DNA of 64,000 nt from Octopus bimaculoides (taxonomy: Eukaryota). The first letter of the stretch is position 1. Each line of letters starts with the position of its first letter. Below, piece by piece: positions 1-12,895 of the stretch. Position numbers and translations under genes: made by a program. Under the pieces are notes generated by a model. The model ran no database searches, was not told where the DNA came from, and saw only the letters and a list, made by a program, of their open reading frames with translations. The stretch is from assembly GCF_001194135.2 (NCBI RefSeq), contig NC_068988.1, positions 81,341,658 to 81,405,657 on the forward strand, written 5' to 3'.

Positions 1-327
1 CCACCATTGTTAATGACAAATGAATACATTCGTCAAATGATGAATGCAATTTCTCCATCTGAGAATCTGAAAATGACAAACACAGCTAAAAATGTCTCCT
101 ACATCTAACAATATTGTAAGTCTTCAAAATAAAGACATAAAAATTTGAAAAATAAATGAAGTGATAAAAAATAATTTATATATAAAGGAAAAACAATCTC
201 TGGGTTGGTGTCAATGTAGAAATGGTACCCATAATTCAACTGAGTACAACCCAAACTTCCTTTTTTCCAGCCTTGTTCCCACTCTCTCCTACTCATTTCA
301 TACATTGTCCGCAATTAGGGCAAGGTC

Positions 328-612
328 CTCTATGCTGATGACCTTGCCCTAATTGCGGAGTCACTATCAGAACTAGAGGAGAAGTTTCAGGTGTGGAAGC
401 AAGGTCTAGAATTGAAGGGCCTTAGAGTCAACCTAGCTAAAACCAAAATCCTAATAAGTAGGAAGGTAGATAAAACACAAACCCCTTCAGGTAGATGGCC
501 CTGCTCAGTATGTAGAAAAGGAGTAGGTAGTAACTCTATAAGATGTACCCGGTGCAAGCTATGGACACATAAGAGGTGCAGCAACATCAAAGGCAGGTTA
601 ACTAGCAAGTTA
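328..612 (+). mobile_element. 5'-truncated RTE-clade LINE, reverse transcriptase fragment running into an N gap
   Basis: Translates LYADDLALIAESLSELEEKFQVWKQGLELKGLRVNLAKTK followed by a Cys/His cluster; near-identical to the longer copy at 36.3-38.6 kb. Confidence 0.9.
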
Positions 613-1130
613 NNNNNNNNNNNNNNNNNNNNNNNNNNNNNNNNNNNNNNNNNNNNNNNNNNNNNNNNNNNNNNNNNNNNNNNNNNNNNNNNNNNNNNNN
701 NNNNNNNNNNNNNNNNNNNNNNNNNNNNNNNNNNNNNNNNNNNNNNNNNNNNNNNNNNNNNNNNNNNNNNNNNNNNNNNNNNNNNNNNNNNNNNNNNNNN
801 NNNNNNNNNNNNNNNNNNNNNNNNNNNNNNNNNNNNNNNNNNNNNNNNNNNNNNNNNNNNNNNNNNNNNNNNNNNNNNNNNNNNNNNNNNNNNNNNNNNN
901 NNNNNNNNNNNNNNNNNNNNNNNNNNNNNNNNNNNNNNNNNNNNNNNNNNNNNNNNNNNNNNNNNNNNNNNNNNNNNNNNNNNNNNNNNNNNNNNNNNNN
1001 NNNNNNNNNNNNNNNNNNNNNNNNNNNNNNNNNNNNNNNNNNNNNNNNNNNNNNNNNNNNNNNNNNNNNNNNNNNNNNNNNNNNNNNNNNNNNNNNNNNN
1101 NNNNNNNNNNNNNNNNNNNNNNNNNNNNNC

Positions 1131-1399
1131 ATTGCCAGTGCCCCTGGACTGGTTCTTGTGCGGGTGGCACATAAAAGACACCATTTCGAGCGTGGCCGTT
1201 TTCGTGCGGGTGACACGTAAAAGCACCCACTACACTCTCTGAGTGGTTGGCGTTAGGAAGGGCATCCAGCTGTAGAAACTCTGCCAAATCAGACTGGAGC
1301 CTGGTGTTGCCATCCGGTTTCACCAGTCCTCAGTCAAATCGTCCAACCCATGCTAGCATGGAAAGCGGACGTTAAACGATGATGATGATGATGATGATG
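1131..1399 (+). mobile_element. RTE LINE 3' UTR ending in a (GAT)n tail
   Basis: gagtggttggcgttaggaagggcatccagctgtagaaac...ggaaagcggacgttaaacgatgatgat; same tail as the RTE copies at 27.4-28.1 kb and 36.3 kb. Confidence 0.75.
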
Positions 1400-1680
1400 T
1401 AATCCACCTTGACAATTCACACCCTGACACTTCTTCCCCACTATGATTATTTACCCCCTCCCTCTGTTCTAATGTCAGTAGCTACGTAGGTCCTCAACAA
1501 CAACAAGCCTGTTCTCTTCTGGTTCTTTCTCAGACTTTGACCCCTCATCTCCTTGTTTAAATCTACCTCCCCCTTTACTGTAGCTCCACTTAGTGAAAAG
1601 GGATTTTTGTCTTGCAGGTTACATGATGGCTTCAACTTGTGCTTATGCTACAAAAAAAAAAAAGACAAAAAAAAAACAAG

Positions 1681-1850
1681 CACCCAGTACACACTGTAAA
1701 GTGGTTGGCATTAGGAAGGGCATTCAGCTATAGAAACCTTACCAATAGACATGGGAGTAGATTGCAATCCTTGGACCACTCGGACTCTGTCAGACCATCC
1801 AGCCCATGGAAGCATGGGGGCATGGACGTTAAATGTTAATGCAACCATAA
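1681..1850 (+). mobile_element. Decayed RTE 3'-tail fragment
   Basis: gtggttggcattaggaagggcattcagctatagaaacc...ggacgttaaatg resembles the tail family. Confidence 0.55.
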
Positions 1851-2931
1851 CTAACACTGTGAAACAGAAACAGTTTCCTGAATNNNNNNNNNNNNNNNNN
1901 NNNNNNNNNNNNNNNNNNNNNNNNNNNNNNNNNNNNNNNNNNNNNNNNNNNNNNNNNNNNNNNNNNNNNNNNNNNNNNNNNNNNNNNNNNNNNNNNNNNN
2001 NNNNNNNNNNNNNNNNNNNNNNNNNNNNNNNNNNNNNNNNNNNNNNNNNNNNNNNNNNNNNNNNNNNNNNNNNNNNNNNNNNNNNNNNNNNNNNNNNNNN
2101 NNNNNNNNNNNNNNNNNNNNNNNNNNNNNNNNNNNNNNNNNNNNNNNNNNNNNNNNNNNNNNNNNNNNNNNNNNNNNNNNNNNNNNNNNNNNNNNNNNNN
2201 NNNNNNNNNNNNNNNNNNNNNNNNNNNNNNNNNNNNNNNNNNNNNNNNNNNNNNNNNNNNNNNNNNNNNNNNNNNNNNNNNNNNNNNNNNNNNNNNNNNN
2301 NNNNNNNNNNNNNNNNNNNNNNNNNNNNNNNNNNNNNNNNNNNNNNNNNNNNNNNNNNNNNNNNNNNNNNNNNNNNNNNNNNNNNNNNNNNNNNNNNNNN
2401 NNNNNNNNNNNNNNNNNNNNNNNNNNNNNNNNNNNNNNNNNNNNNNNNNNNNNNNNNNNNNNNNNNNNNNNNNNNNNNNNNNNNNNNNNNNNNNNNNNNN
2501 NNNNNNNNNNNNNNNNNNNNNNNNNNNNNNNNNNNNNNNNNNNNNNNNNNNNNNNNNNNNNNNNNNNNNNNNNNNNNNNNNNNNNNNNNNNNNNNNNNNN
2601 NNNNNNNNNNNNNNNNNNNNNNNNNNNNNNNNNNNNNNNNNNNNNNNNNNNNNNNNNNNNNNNNNNNNNNNNNNNNNNNNNNNNNNNNNNNNNNNNNNNN
2701 NNNNNNNNNNNNNNNNNNNNNNNNNNNNNNNNNNNNNNNNNNNNNNNNNNNNNNNNNNNNNNNNNNNNNNNNNNNNNNNNNNNNNNNNNNNNNNNNNNNN
2801 NNNNNNNNNNNNNNTTACGTTTTGGTATCACGCTATATTTCATGTTGAGAACAATTTAGGTCTTATTAGACACAAGATGTGATCTATTTCTAGCACATTG
2901 AATGTCCACGTTAGTGGTCAACGTCATATAT

Positions 2932-3075
<144 letters not shown>

Positions 3076-3782
3076 ACTATATCTTTATCCACTTATTCAG
3101 TGTTGAACACACATTTTCATTGTTCACCCACCCATGCTAGCATGGAAGGCAGACATTAAACGATGATGATAATGATGTTGCTGATGATTACAATACTGAA
3201 TTTCCAAGTTAAAAATCCATTTCGGGTCTGACTTTTCTTTTCATCATTTCAGAGGCCAGTAGAGTAAAAGAGTAATGAGAAACCGTGTACTGGGCATGCC
3301 CTTTCCCTCTGTCCTGCTGAATTAAAAATAAAAAAAATGATTGAAGAAATGAATACTTAGAGGTGAAGGAAAAAGCAACAAAATTTTCTTGCAATTATAC
3401 CTCACCACCATTTAAAAAATAACAAACATAGTTGATATTGTTATTTGCTACCTCCTCTTTTCCATTCTTTCCAAACCTGTCTCTACTCTTATATGGCCCT
3501 GTCAACCTCACTGTTCCACCAAATTGTTGCCCTTGCTCTGTCAGAGATTTTGCTCCATCCACAGATTTGGTCTGTCACCCAGCAGATTGCCTGTAAGAAC
3601 TTCCAGTTGTCCTCTATGTCATATGTCTTTATCTCTTCCTCATAAATACATATATACATGTGTGTGTGTTTGTGTGTGTATGTGTTTGTGTGTGTGTTTG
3701 TGTGTGTGTGCTTGTGTGTGTGTGTCTGTGTGTGTGTGCTTGTGTGTGTGTGCTTGTGTGTGTGTGTATAACAATAATAAAA

Positions 3783-4570
3783 AAAATGAATGGATTATAT
3801 GGTAACACTCAATCATTTCATTAAGAGATTTTATTGCATTGTAAGATCGCACAAGTAGGTCTGTATGAAGTACAACAGCTATAAGATACTACAAAACACA
3901 ACAGAGAACCTATCAAATTATCATACTGCTCTGTATTGCAAAAGAGCAAATATCAACAGTACTGCATGTACTGTTCAAATCAAGAAAACCAATAGTTCAA
4001 AAATGGAATGAAGCTGGAATTAACCAGAAGCAGAGGTAACTCAATTAGGTTGTCATAGAAAGTAGACATTAGGAAAGGAAATGGGCAGACATATAAGGAA
4101 TTGTTGCCTAAACATTGATTAGAATATAAAAAAACAAAACAAAGGCCAATAGTAGAGACATTTAGCAAACAGAGAGAGAGAAAGAGAGAGAGAGATGAAA
4201 GAATAAAATGCTGAGATATCTTTGGTGATAATGACGCAAATAATAACAATTAAAGAGAAACAGAGTATGATTAGCTAGAGCAAAATCAGAGACCTAATTG
4301 AACTAAATACACTTTTGATTGGCCTGTTAGATATTTGAATTGTTGGTTCTCTTGACTCAATTGGCACATGCCATTGGACTATGCTGTCCAACATATTGAT
4401 AGTTACTCTAATGCAATACGAGTAACTATCTGATGAGTTGATAGGTTCTCTGTTGTGTTTTGCGGTATCTTATAGATGTTGCGTGTCACATATGCCTGCC
4501 TGTACACTGTTATAATGCAATAAATTCCCTTAATGAAACAATTACACCAATACTATATATTCCATTTCTT
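3783..4570. repeat. Old inverted repeat, ~270-bp arms (3783-4050 / ~4292-4570) around a ~240-bp spacer
   Basis: aaaacacaacagagaacctatcaa at ~3893 is the reverse complement of ttgataggttctctgttgtgtttt at ~4438; similarity of roughly 70% by eye extends both ways. Confidence 0.7.
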
Positions 4571-4844
4571 TGTCCTTTTTCACTACACTCAAATTCTCTT
4601 CAACTTTGGATACTCTTGGAGTTGTGGATTACCGAACATGAGTGAACTTCATGGATTGTCTACCTGTTGTTTTGTGCTTTACTAATCGTCATCAATATGG
4701 TGTACTTCACTTTGATATGCTTCTGTTTTAATTCATCTAGCAATCTGTCTGTCTGTCAGTCTGTCTGTCTGTCAGTCTGTCTGTCTGTCTGTCAGTCTGT
4801 CTGTTTGTCTATCTCCCCCCCTCTCTCTCTGTATATACATATAT

Positions 4845-4903
<59 letters not shown>

Positions 4904-4959
4904 TTTCAGCTCAAACCTGTGGCCATGCTGGGGCACCACCATTTCACTACACTGTTATT

Positions 4960-6125
4960 ATTGAGAACCTCCTCTAATATGTGGCATTTGGTGAATAAAG
5001 GAGTTTGATGTTGCTACCCTCATTTGCACCTCTTGCCACGAGGTAGGTTCATCTGGGACTTTTGACAACACCTACATCCACTTTGTGTAGATCCCTCAGG
5101 CTCTTTGGGAGAATATTAAAAAGCTGTGGGCCTCTGAAACCCAGGTTTTTGCAGTAACTGGTCCTGAAGTGCGACGGCATTGCTGGAATCTTTGGTACTG
5201 TGCAGTGTCGACCCGTTCTGGCATTTGTGTAACTTTCAATGCCAAAATTTGGTACAATTCCTTCCAAGATCTTCCAGATGTGTATTACTGCATACCTCTC
5301 CTGCCTTCACTCCATTGGCCACTACCACCTGACTTGCAGAAAGTCATGTAACCACTCTCCAAGTTTTCCAGCTATGCAGAGATCACACAATTTGTGGCAT
5401 ATCATACCATGATCCACTTTATCTAAAGCTTTTGCAAAGTCAAGATATACTACATCCTCATTTGAGTTGTTGAGTAACTGCCTCAACACCTAGTTGCAGT
5501 GCTGTAAGAGCTGGATCAGGCAGCTTCTACCTGGTTGAAAGCCGTGCTGGGTATCACCCAGCAAGTCATTTTCCTCAAGGAATGTAATTAGTTTCCCTCT
5601 GACTATCCGTTCTATGACTTTGCTGATGTGTGAAGTCAGAGAGATGCATCTGCTCTGCTTCCTCCTTTATGGATTGGGCATATTATTCCCTCCTTCAGCT
5701 TGCTTGCCAGCCTGCCATTTGCAAGAAAGCTCTGGAAGAGGATCTGGAGGGGTTTTGCCAGGGCTTGCTTACACAATTTGAGGAGGATTGCTGGGAAACC
5801 ATCAGGACCAGCAGTTGAGTTTATGTCCACTTCATCTATTGCTAGTAGTACATCTTCTTCGCTAATGTCGATGTATTCCATCATAACTGTCTCGCTGGTT
5901 ATAGGTGAGGCAGCAAAGAAATCCACTGGTTTGTTCACTTGTCTGTGTTCCAACGGGGTGGTAAAGACACTTTTGAACTTGTCATTCAGTACTTCACTGA
6001 TCCTGGTTGAACTATCTGGGAGGGAGCCATCCTTTTGAAAGAGGGGTCCTATTTTGCAGCGTACTGAGGCTGTTTCTTTGGCATAATGAAAGAAGACCTT
6101 GGGTTTGACTTAATGTTTCTTATAA
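4960..6125 (-). mobile_element. CR1-clade LINE remnant (RT N-terminal half joined to the ORF2 C-terminus)
   Basis: GPDGFPAILLK, ICPIHKGGSR, QHGFQPGRSCLTQLL, YLDFAKAFDKVDH, then C-terminal GPQLFNILPKSLRD; the QG..LGP/YADD core between them is absent; frameshifts and stops. Confidence 0.9.
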
Positions 6126-8665
6126 CCCAGGCTTCTTTGTCTGCTTTCTCCCTCTATACACACACACACATGTATAAATATATATATATATATAGAGAGA
6201 GAGAGAGTTTTTGTAGTGATGTACAGATATTGTATATTTAGAATAATAAGGGAGTCAGAATGTTAGATGATTATATATATATTTTTATTTATTTATATTT
6301 TATTTACAATTTTAGCATTTTCTTCCATTATCAGATTTATCAAAAAGTTGTTTAAGGTTAGATTTCTTGGCCTTTTTATATATATAAAAAATTTTGTGGG
6401 GGTTGCCAATCAAGGGAGAACAAAAAAATTTTTTGAGAAGGAGAGGAGGTAAAGAGGCGGGGCTTTTGTATTGGTATGGTCAGACTTGTTCGTTTAGTAC
6501 TTAGTGGCTTTTTAAGGTGGGGAAGGAAGGAAAAAGAATTTTTGTATTTGAATTGGTCAAGGCTTTAATTGAAAAACCAGACGTTGTTTTTGACTTTCTT
6601 CTGGAAAAATTATAATTGCATTTCCAGGTCTTGTTCTTTTGTATTCATTAAAGAATAGTTGTATGGATGTGGTCAACTTTTTTTGATGGAAATTCTAGAT
6701 GTTTTCAAAAGGGTGATTTTTTTTAGTTCCCTATACACTCACACAGCAATTATGTATATAAATTAGCAGTGGGGTGGGGGATGGGTGTTCCAGAACTGAA
6801 TAAAAGTTAATTGGAGTAAGTTCAATTGGCTATTACCTCTGCTTGCTTCCTCAAAATCAAGGGTAAATTGAAGGATGTTTGAGTGTGATGCATCTTGCAG
6901 CATGGCAGCAAGATGTGAACCATAAAAACTGGAGGGCCTGTGAAGACTAGAAAGAAATAAAGTGTACATTCTCCCTCATTTGTCTCTTTCCTGCTTATTG
7001 TGCCCTTGTCTAATATGGTCTCTGTTAATCATTCACCTATTACTCTCTATCAGCAATAAACCAGTGTAACTTCAATAAGGTATGCAAGGCAAATTCAGCC
7101 CCTCCTTTACCCTTACCACTTTGAGTATCCAACTCCCTTACTTTCATATTGACCCCCAACAATGTTCTTCCCTTTTCCCCTTCTCTCCCTCATCCATTAT
7201 TTCTTCTTATCACTGTTCTCTCAGTCACTCTCTCCATTTTCATCAGCTCACAACATTAAATTAGCTTCTTCCATTATACTTTTAATTTCTGCTCCTTCAC
7301 CAACAGTAATGGTGCCCCAAAGAGATACCCAGCACACTTTGTAAGTGGTTGGTAGAATGAATCAAACAGTGATACCGCAGGGTATGAGTGGTCTCTTCTG
7401 TCTTGCCACTGGCAGGATACCTTCTATCATGCTGGTGTCATGAAAACTGTACTAAGTATATTCTGTAAGGTGGGTTGCTGTTAGGAAGGGCATTTAGCTA
7501 AAGAAACCAGGTCAAAACTGAAACATTGGAACAAGACATTGTCCTCCAACCCATTGAACCCTGTTAAACCATCCCATTCCAACAAAGAAAACTAATGCAA
7601 AATGATGATTATGCAGCGACCATCTAATTGAGACACATTCGTTATTTTCTCTCTCCATCTTTTTACTATCCTCGTCCATTCTTTCTGTAGAAGAGTATAT
7701 GCTTGAAATATAAGACTTTTCCTTCTATTTTACCTGATTGTAAACCTAATACACTCTATTTTTTTTTACCTTGTCTTTGTGTTTTTTATTCATTTTTTCC
7801 CCTGTGCATATATATGTATAATCATCATCATCATGTATATATATATATGTTTTCATGAGTTTATTTCTGGTTAAATCTGATGTTAAAATAGGAGATTGCC
7901 TAATAACCTGTTATGACTGGTAACAATACAAAAATATTCCAAGTGTGACCCATCCAATTTATACATCCACTTAATACACCATTTAAAAACCAACCAGTTA
8001 ATATACCATTTAAAAACCAACCAGTTAATATACCATTTAATATAAGGTTAAAACATGTACAAGTAGCAAAGATCAGTCTCATGAAATTACTGCGATCAAC
8101 CTTCAGTACAAAGGAATACCAAAGACTTAATCCAGGATGCAAAATAGTCCTTATTGAATACCTCAAGTACATCGTCTAATGATATCAGGAAGGGTATCCT
8201 GGCATTAGGAAGAGCATCTAGCTGTAGAAATTATACCAAAGCAGACACAAGAGCATGACACAGTTCTCTGACTTAATGAATTCTGTCAAACTATCCAGCC
8301 CATAACAGCATGTAAGACAAATAATGTTAAAAGCTAGTGATGATAATGATGTTCACATTCAGTCAATGACAATATTACATTCTGGCCTTCCGTACTAAAA
8401 GTTGATAGAAATAATTCTATGGAGCCTGTGTAGGCTCATGTTGTAAATAACAATCCTCTGGCATTTTAGCACAGCATAAATTTTCCTGATGACTCATCAA
8501 GTTTCAAACAGTACATGTGTATGGATCTGGAGGTTATCCAGCCAAGATCTTGATATAAACAGACTAAAACCAACAGTCCAACATGGAAATGTATCTGTTA
8601 TGCTTTGAGAAACTATTTGACACAGTGGGAATACAGACTTATCTTAGTGTGTTGGTAACATTAAT

Positions 8666-8861
8666 TCAGACAATTACATTTCCGTCCTTGAATATGGACA
8701 AATTGTTTGCATTCTGGATTAAGTCTTTGACCAATTTGGTCAAGTGATCAAATTGAAAATAGCAGCTGCCTCTTCGTGGAAAAGTGAGCTCCATATCACA
8801 CAGTAAAAGAAGACAAAAGGATACAATGGTATCAAACAATATCTTTGGTTGAGTCAGTCCT
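8666..8861 (-). CDS. Weak candidate terminal exon, unknown protein
   Basis: Open frame GLTQPKILFDTIVSF...KDGNVIV* after a possible AG acceptor, phase-compatible with 9213-9276; no homology recognised. Confidence 0.12.
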
Positions 8862-9212
8862 CTGACATGAGCCCCAGAAAACACACAGTGGTTAATATGA
8901 AATAATAACTTGATTAAATTACAAAAAATAAAACCCCCAAAATGTAGTAACACAATTAGAATTGCTGAATAATTTATGTCAAGCTCTTATTTCAGAACTC
9001 ATTAATTGTCTGTTTAGACAAGTGGCTAATCTTAAAGTAACGAAAGGAATGTCAACAGAGTATTAATAATTAAACCTTAATTATTTGAAATTTATTTTGT
9101 ACACAACATTTACAAATAAAGTTTTCACTATAAAGTAAATATTAAAAAATTGTTAATGCTTAAAGATGAAGTAAATAGTAAAAAAGCAATAAAAGCCCCA
9201 AATCTTACAAAC

Positions 9213-9276
9213 CTGCAGGTACAATTAAACAAAAGATCAAAGTAATCCTGGTGCGCTGAATGCATGGTTTCAATTC
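9213..9276 (-). CDS. Candidate 64-bp internal exon, unknown protein
   Basis: Acceptor tactttcacatccattatcag and donor gtttgt; two frames open (GIETMHSAHQDYFDLLFNCTC or ELKPCIQRTRITLIFCLIVPA). Confidence 0.18.
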
Positions 9277-9413
9277 CTGATAATGGATGTGAAAGTACAA
9301 ATTATTTGCTGCACATTAATCAGAAATCCCAAGTCTAGTAAAAAGAAAGGAATATTGAACAGAGACTGTGACAAACACCATAACATGTTGTTAGGTTCAT
9401 AGTGACTTATTTC

Positions 9414-9641
9414 TTAACCCTTTAGCATTCAGATTTCTTTGTCAAACTTATTGCTTATCTATTCACATTCTTCTGAATTAATCACACATTATTTTGTGGC
9501 TTCAAGATTTCAATGGTGTGTTTGCATGGTTTTAGAAGGACATTATAGGGTATGTGCGAGAGGTTGGATCTGATCAGTTTTAACATAAAACAAGTAGAAT
9601 ATTTGGGCTGCATATGGCCAGTTTAAATGTTAAAGGGTTAA
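9414..9641. mobile_element. piggyBac-type MITE with TTAA target duplication
   Basis: TTAA-ccctttagcatt ... aatgttaaaggg-TTAA; 11 of 12 bp terminal inverted repeat (TIR) match. Confidence 0.8.
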
Positions 9642-11900
9642 ACTAGGTTTGATTTCTCTTCACTCATATTGCTGAAGATGAGGGTTCATGCCCCATAAGC
9701 AACCTTTTTTTTTTTTTTTTTTTCATCCAAAGGTGTTTTTAACACAATATTCTACATGTTATTATTTAAACCCTTCATTATCATATTTATGTTGATATAC
9801 AGAGCTTTTGCTTCAATTAATTTTGGAAATAATGAAGAATTTAGAAAAAATAACTTTGCCATCATTAAGCTTGTTAGAACATATTTTAACATGAAATTTT
9901 GAGGGAAAGTTTTGGATCATTTTAAAACAAAAAGTTTGTTCCATAGAACAAAGGACAATATCAGGCAGGTTGATATCAAGAACGTTAAAGCTTTGTTTAC
10001 TGTAAAAAATTATTTACTTATGATTATCACAATTTCCCTCAATACTCCTCTCACCTATAGTCAGACTTCTCACCTATATAAGAAATCAGTATATTTTATT
10101 GAGTAGAAATGAATTTATGCATAACAACTTCTTCAATTAAAGATGATTTTACAGCAAGAAGTATAATGTTAAACAAAATATATGATTTTTAAATTTATCA
10201 GTTTTCTTGCAATTTAAATATGATTTATTCAGAAATGATTTTATTAAAATTAAATTCTCATCTCTAACCAACTGTCCCTCTTCTTTCACACTCTCACGAA
10301 CCTATCCATCCAGCCATCTTCATCTCTTTCATTCTATTCTCTGTCTGTCTGTCTTCTTATACTTTAAAGATATGCCCTGACACACCATCTCCACCATCCT
10401 TTCTCCTTTTCCTGATGAAGCAGCTGTGAATCTTCTCTGCTACAAGACACCTGTTCCTGTTTTTCCATCATACTTTAGCCTCTCAGCACATGACACAAAG
10501 CCATTTTCCTCAATGCTGCACCTCTCCTCTGCCAAGGGATCTTGTCTTGCAGGTTATATGGTGATGATTGAATATTTTGTTTTTTCCCCCTTCCTATACC
10601 CAGCTATTAATTCTTACTGGATTAACCCTTACTCATATATATTTTTAAACGTTAGTGTAAAAACAGAAGGAATTCAAGTTGTGAAAGATAAGAAAATTAA
10701 ATAAAATATTTATTCTCAGAATTGGAAATAAACAATACAGATTATAATCATTTTGGAAATAACTAAAATGAAAGAAAGTTTTACTACTTTTAATCTGATA
10801 TCTGAAAGGGAAGGATATTGGTTACTGGTTGCGATAGTACTGGGGAAACTTACAGGACAGAGAGATAAAAAGGAGTTTCAAAACTGATACAGTTAATGTG
10901 TGAAGAAGAAAAATAGTGGTTGGTGGTTTATGTCACGTAGGGAGACAGGTTAATATTGTTGATGAAATGATGACGATGATGATGATAATGATGATGACAA
11001 CAACAATAATAGTGTGAATGATGGTGATGATGATGATAATAATAATCATAGCGATGATGGTCAAGGTGATGATAAGATTTCAAACCACAGATGGTGTTCT
11101 ATTTGTTAATCTGACGAAGGTTTCAAAGTATTGTTTTATTGTTAATGATGTCATACACAAAACCAAAAGTAACTGCATAATCAAAATTTGATTTTGCTAC
11201 AAACAAACACCTCTTTAAGGTACATACTTTTATGAATTCATATCTATCTATCTATTTAACTCTCTCTCTGTCCTGGCCTCTACTTCACTGCTATACCCTT
11301 CTGTCCCTTCCTCCTTGTTCCACTTCCTCCCTCACCATCCTCTCTGCTCTCGTGTGACCTGTGGTCAACTTTCTTTTCACTCCAGCCGCTGTGAAGGCAA
11401 GACGAACTACTAGCGTTCTACCTCAGATTTGTGTTTGGCCGTACGGCTTTTGAATGTTGTTTTCACTGTCCAATTTTTCCTGTCTTGGTTTGTGTTTGCC
11501 ACCTTGGAATCCTCTGTTTAGTGGATTGATCCACTACTCAGGAAGAAACTATTCTAGAGTACGTTCTGTCTTATCTTCAAAACGTCTAGTTAGAATAGAG
11601 ACAGCTGATGAAGNNNNNNNNNNNNNNNNNNNNNNNNNNNNNNNNNNNNNNNNNNNNNNNNNNNNNNNNNNNNNNNNNNNNNNNNNNNNNNNNNNNNNNN
11701 NNNNNNNNNNNNNNNNNNNNNNNNNNNNNNNNNNNNNNNNNNNNNNNNNNNNNNNNNNNNNNNNNNNNNNNNNNNNNNNNNNNNNNNNNNNNNNNNNNNN
11801 NNNNNNNNNNNNNNNNNNNNNNNNNNNNNNNNNNNNNNNNNNNNNNNNNNNNNNNNNNNNNNNNNNNNNNNNNNNNNNNNNNNNNNNNNNNNNNNNNNNN

Positions 11901-11963
<63 letters not shown>

Positions 11964-12895
11964 TCTTAAAGGTATGAAAAACATGTAAGCAGATCCTAAT
12001 ACTCATTAGATACAGCATATACTGTCAGTCAAATAAGAGTGGTGATTTCAAAACACTAGTTAATCTGGTTGTACCACAAATAGATCAAAGAAACACATCA
12101 CTATGATATCCATAATTCTGGGACTTTGCTTTTCTAGACTGTATTGTTAATGGCTGGGATTATTTCAGCTAAATACTTTTTAAGGTTATTAAGCTCAACC
12201 ATAAGCTCTAACTCATACAGTAGTAGTCATACACACTTAGATATACACACTTTAGATATATATACACTCTATAAATATATATACATTCTATGAATTACAT
12301 ACACGTACAAATATATACACTCTATGAATATATATGCTCTTTTATTACCCACCAATAAACATTGATTTAGTGGTCACCCCTAATGCTAGCTGATGAATGT
12401 TAAGGGTTTATTTGTTTTGAAGAGATTCTAGCAAACAGCATTGGACATTTCTTTTTAATTCTTTCAGTCTGAGAAATGTTAAGGGAAGATTGAACTTAGA
12501 GTACTGAACTTGGTAAATCAAATGGCAGTTAATGAAGAATTGATCTGATGAAGAATGGTGAAACTTGTGAAATCTCTGAGGTTTCATAAAGACATGTGTT
12601 CTAGCTATCAATACTTATTGTCTAGTGTGAGAAAGAGAGGAGGAGAGATAGATAGATAAAGAGAGAGAAAGAGAGAGGGAGGTAAGGAGAGAGAGAGAAG
12701 GGAAGTAAATGGGATGCTATAGGTGCCACCCAGGAGGCCCATGAGCCAGAGAATGATATAATCTCATTGAATTTTAAAGAGATTGGTGATCTACTCCAGT
12801 AGAGCACCTGGGTCCAAGAGACATCCCAAAATGACACTTGTATTGAGATTATAGTAGACTGTACTTCAGAAGTTTAAGAGGATAAAGAATGATAG

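Noticed and set aside
328-345. CTGATGA at 336 and its equivalent at ~37802
   Set aside because: Codons of the RT YADD motif.
1311-1340. CTGAGGA-ctggt-GAAACCGG on the minus strand of the RTE tail
   Set aside because: No stem II; the homologous copies at ~28071 and ~41666 read GAGCC instead of GAAAC.
387-2848. Long ORFs full of X (also at 11.5, 29.7, 33.6, 44, 48.2, 54.2 and 58.5 kb)
   Set aside because: Artefacts of reading through N gaps.
7963-8042. 27-bp tandem repeat (about 2.5 copies); likewise the 109-bp and 30-bp arrays considered as CRISPR
   Set aside because: Head-to-tail units without unique spacers, no cas genes, eukaryotic context.
8583-8747. MEMYLLCFEKLFDTVG... resembling the RT D..KAFD motif
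   Set aside because: Only one short motif matches and the flanks do not resemble RT.
11600-11612. gacag-CTGATGA-ag immediately before an N gap
   Set aside because: Possible HHR start, but the rest is unsequenced and cannot be evaluated.
12384-12433. tgctag-CTGATGA...GAAG-AGA-TT-ctagca
   Set aside because: The 6-bp stem I rests on a CTAG palindrome; the GAAA box is altered, there is no stem II or III, and no repeat context was recognised.
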